DNA of 64,000 bases. Origin: Chrysomallon squamiferum (lineage: Eukaryota; Animalia; Mollusca). The stretch lies in NCBI GenBank assembly GCA_012295275.1, contig CM022679.1, positions 27,590,001 through 27,654,000 of the forward strand. The letters are read 5' to 3'. A program made the translations under genes and the position numbers. Positions 44,063 through 59,197 of the stretch are shown here, one piece after another (position 1 is the stretch's first letter; every line of letters starts with the position of its first letter). The notes under the pieces were generated by a model. The model was not told the DNA's origin and searched no databases. It saw only the letters and a list, made by a program, of their open reading frames with translations.

Positions 44063-45210
44063 CAACAGGATTGAAAAAAAAAAAAAAAAAAAAAAAAACC
44101 TGCTCGATTTCACGGAAACACTGACAAAATTAATTAGTAACTGGATTTATATAAATAAACGAACTAATAGATAAATAAGTAAATAAATAAATAAATAAAT
44201 AAATGAACAGTGCCGATAGAATGCATTGTTTGCTAAAAATATCAAATAAATTAGATGTACCATAACTTACTATGCTTAAGACATCAGATATAGATAATAA
44301 TATTAATTGAGAAACAGTCAGAAACAGTTTATTTTGCTGAATTAATATCTTAGGATATAAACTTCAAAATTTTCGGAACTCGTTGATTTTCGTGAACTAA
44401 TATGAAACAATGTAAATAATAAAATTACTAGAAACTGTTTTACTATCACAAATTAATATCTTAGAATGTAAACAATAAAATTACAAATAAAAGTAACCGA
44501 AGAGCTTTATTTTTGTAAATTAACATGTAACAATAAAAACAGTAATGTCACCCGAACTCTAGATGATTTGATTAATGGTATAAGGAACTGAATTACCACA
44601 AATTTATTTAAATTACGATTATTTTCTTAACTTTTGTACAGATGTAAAACGATAATAACTACCAAATATGTAACCATGATATTATTTAAATGAGTAAGGA
44701 AACCGGATTATAATATATTTATATAATCATGATATTTAATGCAGATAAATAGAAGAATATAATTTAATTTATGTTTTTCAAAACATTCCACTTTAAAAGT
44801 AATTTACTGACAGTTTTACATTGATGTTATGGAAAATTATACTTCGATCATTTCAGATGGATTAGTTTTAACATCTAAATGAAATAATATTTTCTCCCTT
44901 TTTGTACAGTTTTGCTAAAACCGAATAATACCTTAACATTTTTGTTTTTTTCTTCATTCTTAATTTCTGTGTGTCTGTGTGTGTATATAAAATTTCTGTT
45001 CATTTTTTGATTCATACATATAATATTTTTGTTCTTTTATTTTTATTAAATGAATATTTGACATTTTTAAGCTTAAAATAAAATAATAGGTGTAAGTATT
45101 TTGTTATTAACAAGCATGTATTTATAATAAATTATTCTATTTATCTATGAAAAACAAAAAGTAGAACCTGTTTTATTGCAGCAGTACAGTAACAACAATA
45201 ACAACAAATC

Positions 45211-45253
<43 letters not shown>

Positions 45254-45771
45254 TAATAATCATGATGAAGATGAAGATGATAATAATAATAATAATAGTA
45301 ATGATAATAATAATGATAAAAATGATGATGATGATGATTATAATAATAATAGTAACCAGGAGGTGTTTCATTTTCTTCAATGATTATTTTGGCAATAATT
45401 TATCTGTGGAATAACATTTTGAGGTTGTTGTTGTTGTTGTTGTTGTTGTTGTTAATACTAAAATCTTCCGAAATATTTAACATCAAGCTATTTTTATTGC
45501 TGTTGCTTGTCATGAATATTTTAAACGGAGTTTATTTGTTGAACATTTTGAACATTTTGTTGCGTTTTTCTTTTTTGCTTATCACGTCTAATCCAATAAA
45601 GTTTGCTTATTATTTTCATTGCTTTTGTTTTAAAATCAGTTAGCGAAATAATGTCTGAACGATTTATGTTTATTAGTATTGTTCACTATTTCCGTGTTTC
45701 GAAAATGGTGTAATATAACAATTTAAAAACTTAAAAAAATTCTAGTTTTTGCACTGCTCATATGTAGTATT

Positions 45772-45980
45772 ATATAACAATGTCCTTAACATATTACAAT
45801 TAGGTAGAAGTCAACATGACTTTATTAGAATACAAATAAGAATAATTTAACCATGTCTTTATTAGATTACGAATATGTACAATTTAACAATCTGTTTATT
45901 AGATTACAAATATGTAGAATTCAAGAATATCTTCGTTAGAATACACATAAGAATGATTCAACAATGCCTTTATTAGATTA
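45772..45980. repeat. About 37-bp minisatellite, 5-6 degenerate copies
   Basis: Consensus about TTATTAGATTACAAATATGTAGAATTTAACAATGTCT. Confidence 0.7.
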
Positions 45981-46662
45981 ATAAAATGCTATTTCATTCA
46001 TAATGTTTCATTACGTTTTTATTGATACGTTTATGACAAGTTATTTTTGCTAACAGTGCTTTTCATTTAGTGGATCAGAAAGGTCTCAGAATAGTTTCTG
46101 TTATTGTTTTATCAACTGATTTTTTTTATCTTCGTAATGTATATCTTTAAAGAAAATACTACCTCAGACTGAAATATTATGACAAATAATTAAAAAATCA
46201 AAAGCTGTGGCCGCGTCATTTGCTCAGAACATAACAATTTCGTTACCCAAAATTGACTACCTACTACCCTAAACACTTGTATGGCATTCGGCAGACTATG
46301 AAACAGTTGCATTATCTGTAATGTGTATATGATGTAAACCTACCTTAGTCACATGACGATCATGCTGAAACGGTAAACGTATCCGCTGAGTCGCCTTTGT
46401 TTATCAAAGATGCTTCGAAACGACGATGAAGCTGAAATGTATACTACGTTATGATATTTGATGTTTGTGAAAATACTGAAAACTGTGACGAAGCAGAAAC
46501 GCGAATGAGCTCTGAGTTGTACGTGGAAGCTAAACTGAAGCTGAATTAAAAACTGAAACATGGATAGATTCTAGATTTAATACAGCAGAACAGAAATTAC
46601 CAAAACTTCGTTAAAAGTTTAGAGTTAAGGATGAATGTTTATGTGTATGTGTGTGTACATAT

Positions 46663-46769
<107 letters not shown>

Positions 46770-47460
46770 GATTGGCATTTATATATTAGAACTGATTGAA
46801 CGATTTTAAATATATAAAAAAAAATAGTAATTTAAGTTATAAGTAACAGCTGTTCAGTATTCAAGTTTTCCAGTCTACAAGTTTGACAGAAAAACGAAGT
46901 CTGAGAAACAATATCAATTTTTCACATATGTTGAGAACAGTCTTATTTGTGTTAAGTCCTTCAAGCTGAATTCAGTGGTGGTACTGGAGGGGTGGGTAAA
47001 ATGCAGCAGCACCCCTATTCATTAGTTTCCAGTTTATGTTGAAATTCTTTATTACTTTATAGAGGTATTTATTGCTTTTCCTTTAAAGAATTGTCAGAAT
47101 TTATTTCCTTTACTCATACTTTAATCAGCTCTCACTGATGCATTTATTAAGTTCTCTCAAAACCTGAGCACTTTTTTGCTAAATTATTAATCTTTACACG
47201 AGAGACTTGCATGCAGGCAAGTTAGCTCGGTGGTTAAGATAGTCTCGATAAACCAGTTTTGAACTGCATTGTGCTTTGGCGTAGTTCTGCTGTAAGTTAA
47301 ATTTATCCGATGTAAATTCGACATCCTGTAGCTAGCATGTAGTCTCGTCTTGAATTACAAACAGGATTGAAGTATGGTAGCCTGCCTACCTTCCTAATAG
47401 ATAATTTAATACATTTTCTTGTTATATGCTGCCACAAAAACTGCATTCTCGGATTATTAA

Positions 47461-47503
<43 letters not shown>

Positions 47504-48314
47504 GTAAAATTTCACGGAGGAGTTTAATGTGTCTACTTGGTTCAGTTTCAAGGATCTTATAAACATCCAAAGAGCTCTTGAACTGAAAACGGGATAAACA
47601 CCTACCAAGGCGCGCGAACTGTTTAACAATTTATTTTAACAAAATTAATATTTACTCAGGTTTTTTTTAATGTAAATACACAAATAAAGATGAAGTAATG
47701 ATCACGGTTTCTTAATCTGTTATCAAACACTGTTAAATACTACAGAAATGCAACATAAGATATTATCGTCAGTATTTGTATTCATAATGACAGAATTGTT
47801 ATCTCAACTGAAATGATGCAAATTTCAAGTAATCCAGCGTTTCCATTGTGTCTTCTTTTCCATTCCACTGTGTGGTGCTTCATGACTAAAACATTTTTGG
47901 ACTGGCTTTTTCAAAAAACATTTTTTATAACAAGCAAAATTCGTTTTATATCAGTATTATTCTGTTGTCAAATATTTAAATTAGCTATGACTGGTCTTCT
48001 CCAATTAAAAATCTAAAACCCATATAAATATAGAGAGGCAACCGCGCGCGCGCACGCACACACACAGATACACACATATATATATACAGAAAAAAACAGC
48101 ACATAGAAAGACTGAGGGAAAGATAAATATATACATATACACACAAATACACATTATATATATTTAAAATAGATGTGTTTGTGTGTGAGGGGGGTGGTGA
48201 TATTCTCATTACCTCCCAATAAACTACAAAACCGCTCCAGGTATGTAAAGGATATTTACGATTTATGAAAGACAGGTGAGAATATCTAATAACAACCTGA
48301 AATTAGATTCAAGG

Positions 48315-48390
48315 TAACAGGTGACAGATGACATTACACGTGATGTATATATAAAAACGACAAAGACAAGTCAGTGAAAACACAGCTGAA
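48315..48390 (+). promoter_or_regulatory. Putative core promoter of peptide gene P1
   Basis: E-boxes CAGGTG, CAGATG and CACGTG at 48318-48342, TATATAAAA at 48348-48356, and Inr-like TCAGT at 48371. A non-coding exon follows, with candidate donors near 48432 and 48486. Confidence 0.55.
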
Positions 48391-48669
48391 GTTTTAACAA
48401 GAGGAAACAAACATTTCACAGGATTATTCTAAGTATCGTTTATATATTTAATCCTTATTTTTATTCATTTATATTAATATAAACAGGTACATACATAAAG
48501 ACACACACACACACACTCACACACACGCACACACACATACAAACATGCAAACATGCATATATACATACATACATACATGCATGCATTCATACCTACCTAC
48601 ATATATACATACATACATACATGCATGCACCCATACATATATATATACATACATTAACACAAACAAGGT

Positions 48670-48776
48670 TGTCTCTGTGACTGAACGGTAACGTCGTCCA
48701 CCTTCGGAGTTCTGGAGAACTGGTGCCATACGTTCGAGTCTCATCAGCGGCATCTGGCGGGGTTTTAGAGGTCGTG

Positions 48777-48830
<54 letters not shown>
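48670..48830 (+). mobile_element. tRNA-derived SINE-like element
   Basis: A-box-like TGACTGAACGG, B-box GTTCGAGTC at 48732 and a (TG)n tail. Inverted related fragments occur at about 55600-55660 and 63540-63575. Confidence 0.5.
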
Positions 48831-48833
<3 letters not shown>

Positions 48834-48880
48834 CTCTTTATGTTTATATGGTATAATATATACACTGATTTATATTTCAG

Positions 48881-50145
48881 ATGGAGGTTTTTCGTCTGAC
48901 AGTTCTCATTATTCTTCTGATGATGGTCGCTTCATCTGTGGAAGCATCCTCGACGTATTGCAAGGAAAGATGCAAGTAAGTAAATAAATAAATAAATACA
49001 TTTTTCTGAATGAAGAAAACAATTAATAGTATTTTACCATTAATCAATTTTACGGCCCAAGAGCATACCATATTATTTGTATCCATCTCAGAATGGACAC
49101 TAAGGTACATGCCTGCGTCTTAAAAGGTTCGGCCACGTGAAAGGTGTGACACAACGGGAAACTACTCAGTGTATCTTCATAACTGAAATATGAATACTCC
49201 GACAACTGTATCGAAATTTGTGTTAATCTCTGTTATTAAATAACATCAGTATATTCAAATTAGGAACATTAACCCTCTACACTCAGAAAAATCAAAACAA
49301 AAAAAATCCACAGCGAGCATTAAAAAACACACGAATACTTAATAAAAGAAATACTACAATGTATCTCTTGCACTAACGATGATGATCATGATAGTGATAA
49401 CTGAAGTGTGGGGTTGGTTGTTAATACTCGTTAAAGTCTGTAATTCAAACTGTTTCGTATATCACTGTTTCAGCGAAATTCATCCTGAGTGGTAAGCATG
49501 TTTTTCTTGTTCCCAGTTAGGACAAGCATGCTATCTGTATCTCTGTCATAAGTATTTCTAATCCGAAATAGGCAGTTTTAATTGCCGAACTCTTCTTGAA
49601 AATAATGATATTGTTGTTTTTAATGCAGTGGTATTCTTAAAAGAATCTTTTGAACATTTGTTTTGTAAAAGTAACGCACACACACAGAAAAGAAGAAAAT
49701 AAAGAAAGAAAAGAAAACACACACACACATTCATATATGAATGCATATTTACATACACAAGCTAACAGACATACATACATACATACATGTCTATATAAAA
49801 AATAAAAATATAAAAAAAATAGGCGAACAATTTGTTCTTAATTTCAGGGATTGCGACAATTACTGCGCTTACAGTGAGTAAATTAATTATTTTTTAGTTG
49901 TTTTAATTTTTTTTTTTTTTTTTAGCGATATAAACATTATTGTGTACATAATAAATTCCAATGTAGGAATGTAGGGGTGAGGCAAGATCAGTCATTTTTA
50001 CATTACTTATGGCAATGAAAAAATAATTTTGTTTTCCATGAAAATGATAAATTAATATCAAACTGTTAAGAATGCTTAACTTTACATTTTCCTATTTTTC
50101 AGAAAAAGGCCGTCGTAGTGCTGGAAGAAAAAATATTAACATCGA

Positions 50146-50149
<4 letters not shown>
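48881..50149 (+). CDS. P1: secreted 4-Cys amidated peptide precursor, 55 aa
   Basis: Exons 48881-48975 (tttcag|ATG...|gtaagt), 49848-49873 (tttcag/gtgagt) and 50103-50149; phases 2 and 1 fit. MEVFRLTVLIILLMMVASSVEA-SSTYCKERCKDCDNYCAYKK-GRR-SAGRKNINID*. AATAAA near 50226. Confidence 0.85.
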
Positions 50150-50181
<32 letters not shown>

Positions 50182-51105
50182 ACCAACAAACTATCGATGT
50201 AAACTAATTAATGTTATGTTTGGCAAATAAATCCTTATCTCTTTTCACTTATTTCCTTGTTCAATCAGTTTGTTTTAGATTTGATTTTCAGAACACATTT
50301 GAATTCATGTTATGAGGCACACTCTGTGTACGCACTTGACACAAACATCTGACATTATACTCATTATTACGTTGGCCATCCTGTTGGGATTTGAGATCTG
50401 TGGTAAATGTGTTTTTTAGGTTGAACCTGCTATGTTGGCTCATCATAAGATCATGACAAGAATATTCCATAAAAAAAAGACGTGATTTGTTTCTCACAAC
50501 TTGGAAGAAAGGCGAGAGAGAAGAAAAATTGCAGGATAACCTATAAATAAACTCTGACCTATTTTGTACGTATTTTGTATTTTTATGAACTCACTGGAAA
50601 CATTTCAGTCAGCGAGACACGTGGACAAACGCACATGCAAACAAATGAAAGAAAACAGGTAATACAGAAGCTAGATTTTAAAATGAAATCTTAATCAAAT
50701 TTAAGTAAGTGTAAATGAAGGTCATGTGTAAAAATTAAACAATTTCCTTCCGACTCTATTTATTCTTTTTCCTAAGTGAACGGGTTTTATTTCTGCTGAC
50801 TTGATAATATGACAGAGGACAGCGTGAAACAGAAAGTTATGGGAATGATATGCTAAGACTTTCGGCCAGAATGGAACACTCCAGCTAAATCTTCTTATGA
50901 TGATACATAGCGATTAATTTGAATGCTTCTAAAAATCCCATTCGCTGCTGTTGTTGTTTTTGTTGTTGTGTTATAAGTTTTACTGTGAATCCACGAATAG
51001 CATTTGCTTTTCGATCGGTGTAAACATCAATACAGACTTTAATAGTATTTAAATGGCCTTTAGTTTGGTTGTTATTTGTTGCTTTCATGTTGTAAGTAAT
51101 GCTTG

Positions 51106-51141
<36 letters not shown>

Positions 51142-51743
51142 GTCTTAAAATACCAGAATCGTTTCTCTTAATCACATTATATCTGATTCTGTTTCAGCTT
51201 CTCCCTTCACTCCACTGCATTCACACATTTATCTGTGTAGACAAAAACAAAGTAACTGATTTATCTATCACCATTATGCGTGCTTAATAGAAGAAAAACA
51301 AAAGCCATTTCAGTCGCCATTTGCTTTTTATACTATCATTTAAAAAACCGTTTTCTTCAATACTTAGAATAGAAAGACTCCGCATCTCGGTCATCTAAAA
51401 AAAACAATTAATAAAAAAGAAGGTGTAAAAAGAAAGACGAGAAGTATATATGTATGTATTATAGTTGTATCTATCTATGCATCTGTACATGTCTCGACAT
51501 CTACGTATCTGTATATAATGGCTTCTTCCACATCTGTATAAATGACCGAGCAAGTTATTTGGAAGTACACAACCTGTAGTCTAACACTGCGAAGAGGTGA
51601 AGTTTAATTATATCACTGAGAATCGTAACACATTTCAAAACATCTCTATCATACACCGTGGCAAAATCCAAGCCTATCAAACCAGGAGACATCTATTACA
51701 TTTTATTCTTTCTCGTTAAACTTACCTTATCTCCATATCACCT

Positions 51744-53933
<2,190 letters not shown>

Positions 53934-54223
53934 CTGAAAAGGTAAATAAATACTTAGCTACATATATGTGTGTTTCTGTGTATGTGCATGTATGTATGCA
54001 CGTATTTATATATGTAGGTAGGTATATGTGTGTATATGTGAGTATATACGTTTGGGTATGGCAATATGTATGTATGTGTATATGTGTGTATATGTGTGTG
54101 TGTGCATGTATGTGTGTATGTAGGTATGTGTATATATGCATATGTGCATGTATGTTCGTACGTATGAGTGTATTATGTTTGTTTCTGTGCATGTAAATAT
54201 TTAAGCAAAGAAGAAATACTTAC

Positions 54224-54314
54224 TGTGATGAAATTGGTCTGTTTGTTAGTCAAAGTTTTAGTCTCTTGGACTGTCGCTTTCTTTCAATAGAGAAGTGAGC
54301 GTCGTATTTATATA
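54224..54314 (-). promoter_or_regulatory. TATA box and non-coding exon 1 of P2
   Basis: TATATAAATA at about 54314-54305 and a GTAAGT donor at 54223. Confidence 0.6.
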
Positions 54315-54732
54315 CAATTTACAAACAGATATCGATTTTGTATTACTCCATGTACTGTGCATTTACTGAAATGTTTTATTTTCCAGCTGAGCTACAATTT
54401 GCTTTTTTTCCCGTGAAGCATCCGCTTGTGTAAATTATAATTGTCTATTACCATTTTAATTAAACTTCGCTTCCGCAGTAAATTAACATCCTGTTACAAT
54501 TTCCATTTAATCATACTTGGCTTGTTTTCAAAAATGAAATATCGGTAATCTACATACGTAAAGATATACATATTCTGATTTCGATCATGTTAATTTTCAA
54601 CAGGTGTTGCAGTAAAAAATTATTTTCTGTATTAACTGTTGTTTCCGTGTTAAGGGTTTTAATTAGTTTATTATTATGTATTATTATGTATTATTATTAT
54701 TATTACTATTATTATTATTATTATTATTATTA

Positions 54733-54809
<77 letters not shown>

Positions 54810-54933
54810 GTTATTGTTGTTATTAGTATTTTGTCGTTGTTGCTGTCGTTAATATTACTATTACTATCATTATCATCGCCATCATCATTATCATTAGTAA
54901 TAATAGTGTTATATTTTTATCAGTTTTTTATTA

Positions 54934-54979
<46 letters not shown>

Positions 54980-55798
54980 GGTTGTTGTTACTGTTGTGTT
55001 AGTGTTGTTATACTTTAGTTATTATTATTATCATCTTTATCAGTTTTATTGTTGCTATAGTTGGTTTTGTTTTCGTTTTCGTTTTCCCGTTTCTTCTTTT
55101 TATTTTTTATAATCAATGATTTCTCATTAGTGTCACCGCAGATATCTGAACAAAATATGAAGAAGGAGATTATTTTTTTTATTATTATTATTATTATTAT
55201 TACATCCTCTGAGACATAAGCAGAGTTAAGTATATTTATATTTATTGATGACTGAATATCCTACATATATTATACACGAATTATTTATTTATTATTATTT
55301 TTTTTTTTATGTCCGAAACCTGACATTGACAAGTATGTATTTTAGTGTTTGAATATTCTCTGTCTTATGTGCGTTTGATTAGACTCTGCACATACACAGT
55401 ATCCAGGAACACACTGGCTCAGGAGGCTAAAGTCCAATGACGACCTCACAAGCCGTGTCAGACAGCCATTCGACCGCCATTCTGACGAAGTCATCTCTCA
55501 GCCATCAAGACAATCATCTCTGAAAATGTGAACGAGTAGATATTTTTCTTATTATTATGTCCTGTGCACAGAGACAATACTCACGGAGACAAAGACCAGT
55601 GAGGACCTCACAAACCCCGTCAGATGCTACCGAAGAGACTTGAACGCATAACACCCATACATGTTTGAACATAGGCATATGTATGTATGTAATGTATGCA
55701 TGTATGTATGTGTATGTATGTATGTATGTGTGTATGCATGTATGTATGGATGTATGTATGTACGTGTGTGTGTATGTATGTGTGTGTGTATGTATGTA

Positions 55799-55838
<40 letters not shown>

Positions 55839-56122
55839 ATTAACTGCGTACTGAGCCTACAGAAATAACAGCTGTCCAAAAAAAAAAACATGTTTTGTTA
55901 TAGTACTTGGAAATAAGATGGATCGTAATTATACTGAGACATAAAATACACACAATAGCTTCCTTCATTGATGTTAATCACAGTGTTCGTGGGAATGTCA
56001 CTTTTGTAAATCTGTATTTACATACCACTGATTCCGTGATGAATAACAGCCACGTATATAACCTAAACATGTTTATGTCTTTATACATGTATGTTTGTAA
56101 TTGTGTGTCGCTTTAATCAGTC

Positions 56123-56713
56123 ATCTATCTATCTATCTGTATGTGTGTGTGTATATATTTAATGAATGGGTTCACTATGTCTCACAATTAATCGTGTAAT
56201 GATGTATCCACATTGAATCGTTGTTTTTTTTTGTTTTTTTTATCTTGTTGTTGTTTTTTTTTTGTGTGTTTTTTTCTTTGTTTCTTTGTTTCTTGTTTTT
56301 TTCGTCAAAAATCATTGAGTTAATAATAATCATCAAAAATAAGAACTCACTAAATCTTGTGTTCTGTGACGTAACAAAACTGGTTTCAATAACATGTATA
56401 AAGTGCTAATTAAACAGGACCCATTGTCACGGAACCAAATTTGTTACCTTAATCAGATCCGTTCCTTTTATTTCTAAGCGATGGAATTCAGATTGCGTTA
56501 CTTTAACTGTTACATCAAATCACATCCGCTCTTTAATATTGACGAAAAAAACAAGAAACAAAGAAACAAAGAAAAAAAACACACACAAAAAAAAAAAAAC
56601 AAAAAAAAAAAAAAAAAAATTAAAATACATCATTACAAGATTAATTGTGAGACATAGTGAACCCATTCATTAAATATATACACACACACATACAGATAGA
56701 TAGATAGATAGAT
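56123..56713. repeat. Inverted repeat, arms about 180 bp, spacer about 230 bp
   Basis: 56123-56207 versus 56626-56713 is a near-perfect reverse complement. It extends through the T-rich and A-rich tracts to TTCGTCAA (about 56308) and TTGACGAA (about 56539). Confidence 0.85.
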
Positions 56714-57101
56714 AATTTTTAAGGCACACGGAGCCTTAATACTCATGTCGGAACATGTCAGTGGATTAAAAAAAATCCAATATACTGTGACGTGCTTTTC
56801 TCTTGCGCGTCAGTATAATGACTGTACTGGAGAGAGAGGGGAACCCAGCTGTTGTTATCTAAAAACTAACTGAATAAATATTCACATTTCACACAATGGA
56901 ATATTTTATATTTAATTAAACACTGTCGCCTGTTCTCTGTCTATGTAACAGTTTCTAATTATCTTTAGATAAACTTCACGGAGTTTTGTAATTTGAAATT
57001 GGTAAAGCTAGAGTGAGCAAAAGAAAGACGTAGTAACAAACATACAGAGGTCAGACTGACAAAACGACTGACAAGTCAGATACATGGTGTCAGAGTGAGC
57101 T

Positions 57102-57169
<68 letters not shown>

Positions 57170-59197
57170 CATAGACAGATAGATAGATATAGATAGATGT
57201 GATGCAGAGAGACATACAGTAAGAGAGACAGAAAGACAGACCACAATTTAGATACATAGGTAAATAGAAAATAGACAGATTGGACTGACAGACAGACAGA
57301 TAGATAAATAGATGAACAGTCAAACATACGTACATACATACATATACAGAGAAAAGAGAGTAGTGATGAATGGATCGATAGATGGATGGATGGAAACAAA
57401 GACAGACACACAGAAAGACTGAACGTCAGAGTGAGAGTCAGAGAGGGAACTCAGAATGAACCAAAAAAGAAATAAAGATTTATTCTGAATCTTCATTCAT
57501 TATACTATGCTCCAGATCGAGAAAATAAACAATTTTTTTTTTCAAAATGGACATGACTACTTGACAAACACAGCTACTGTTATTTAGTTGTAACATCATT
57601 ATAACTATTATCATCATTATCATTTGCAGATGTAGTAAAAGTAGCTGTAGTAGCGATTGCAGTAGTGGCTGTAGCAGTTGTTGCTGATGATGGTGTAGCA
57701 GTTATAATAACTTTAATGTAATTAAGGAATAACTGTTAACAAAATATTATATGCATTACGTTATGAACAACAGTCGGTATATATAATGAATGTGAAAAGC
57801 AAAAGAAAAAAAAGAAAACATTATAAGATATGCCATTACTTTTATTAAACATTTAATAAAAACATGAAATTACCAAACATCACCATTTATTAAATAAGTG
57901 AATAAACTTTAATGACTCGTCTCCTCAAAAATAAAATAAAATTAAATTAAAAATGTCTGTCCATCATGCGGGTCCATTGAAGGTCATAACAAATCAAAGG
58001 CATCATCAGGGCTCATAATGGTCATACACCATATCAGCATTTTCCCTACACCTGTCACATACATAGTTCTGTACGTTTCTATTTCTGACATCTACTGAAT
58101 AATCCCATTCCCTTGACGTTCTGAGTTTTCTTTCTTTGTATCATTTCTAGCTGGTTTTTTTTTTTCTATTAGTATTATTATTAATTTAGAAATCAATGTC
58201 AAGAAGGGCACACACACGCACGCACAAACACCCGCACGCACAAACACCCCACACACACACACACTCATATATATATATATATACATATATAGATGCTCTT
58301 TTTAACTAAGACGATACAGGCAGTCGCAGTGTGATGGAGAGATAACTAGTGTTTAGATTTTTTAACTGTTTCAGTTTACGCATATAAATAATACTCCTAG
58401 CAGCTGTCAAAATGTTCGTGGGCAGAAACACTGTATGATAGATATAAATATAAAAATACGTCCATTATCTTTTTACGGTATCATAATTTTAACATTTATT
58501 TACTGATTTATAGTTTTCTGTCACAGTATAGAGTAATATAATATTTAAATATCTGATACAAAATATTTTATTACATTCGTTCACGATTATATTAAACAAG
58601 CTCGTGCTGTTGATATCAGAGACATTCTTACAGCTAGATTGTTGAAGAACACTACTGTTTTTGGTAAGATGTTTTCACATTATAACTATTTTTTCATATT
58701 ATTCATATTTATCTTGAAAGAAGTATTAGAATTAAACACAAAAAAACATTTCAGAATATTAGATTATTACATACGTAAAAACTTCATGAGAGAAATACGT
58801 TCATAAACATGATAGAGAGAGTGACACGGACATTTTCGTTTCTTAAATTTTAAAAGTTAATACGAAACAAAGACAGAGATTGAACTTGAATAGTTATTTT
58901 CCATTAATTCATCAAGCAAAAATTTATATATTTTTGTAATTAAAATATACATTTCCCGACATCCATAATAAATTTCAATAACACTGTCTGAATTTAAAGG
59001 AAATAATTTTTGCCATTAGAAGCTTATCATTAAAATGTGCCGAATGTGATAGTAAATTTCATGGTAATCATTTAATAAGAAAACACTTTGAGTTTGATAA
59101 ATAATTATTCTATACTAGATATTTCATATATTATAAAGCACATTAAGGAAAATGAATTTGAATAAAAATCAACATATTACAGTTGACCCTGTTCGCA

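Noticed and set aside
48670-48750. tRNA gene
   Set aside because: A/B-box-like motifs are present, but I could not fold a convincing cloverleaf. The (TG)n tail and dispersed fragments favour a SINE.
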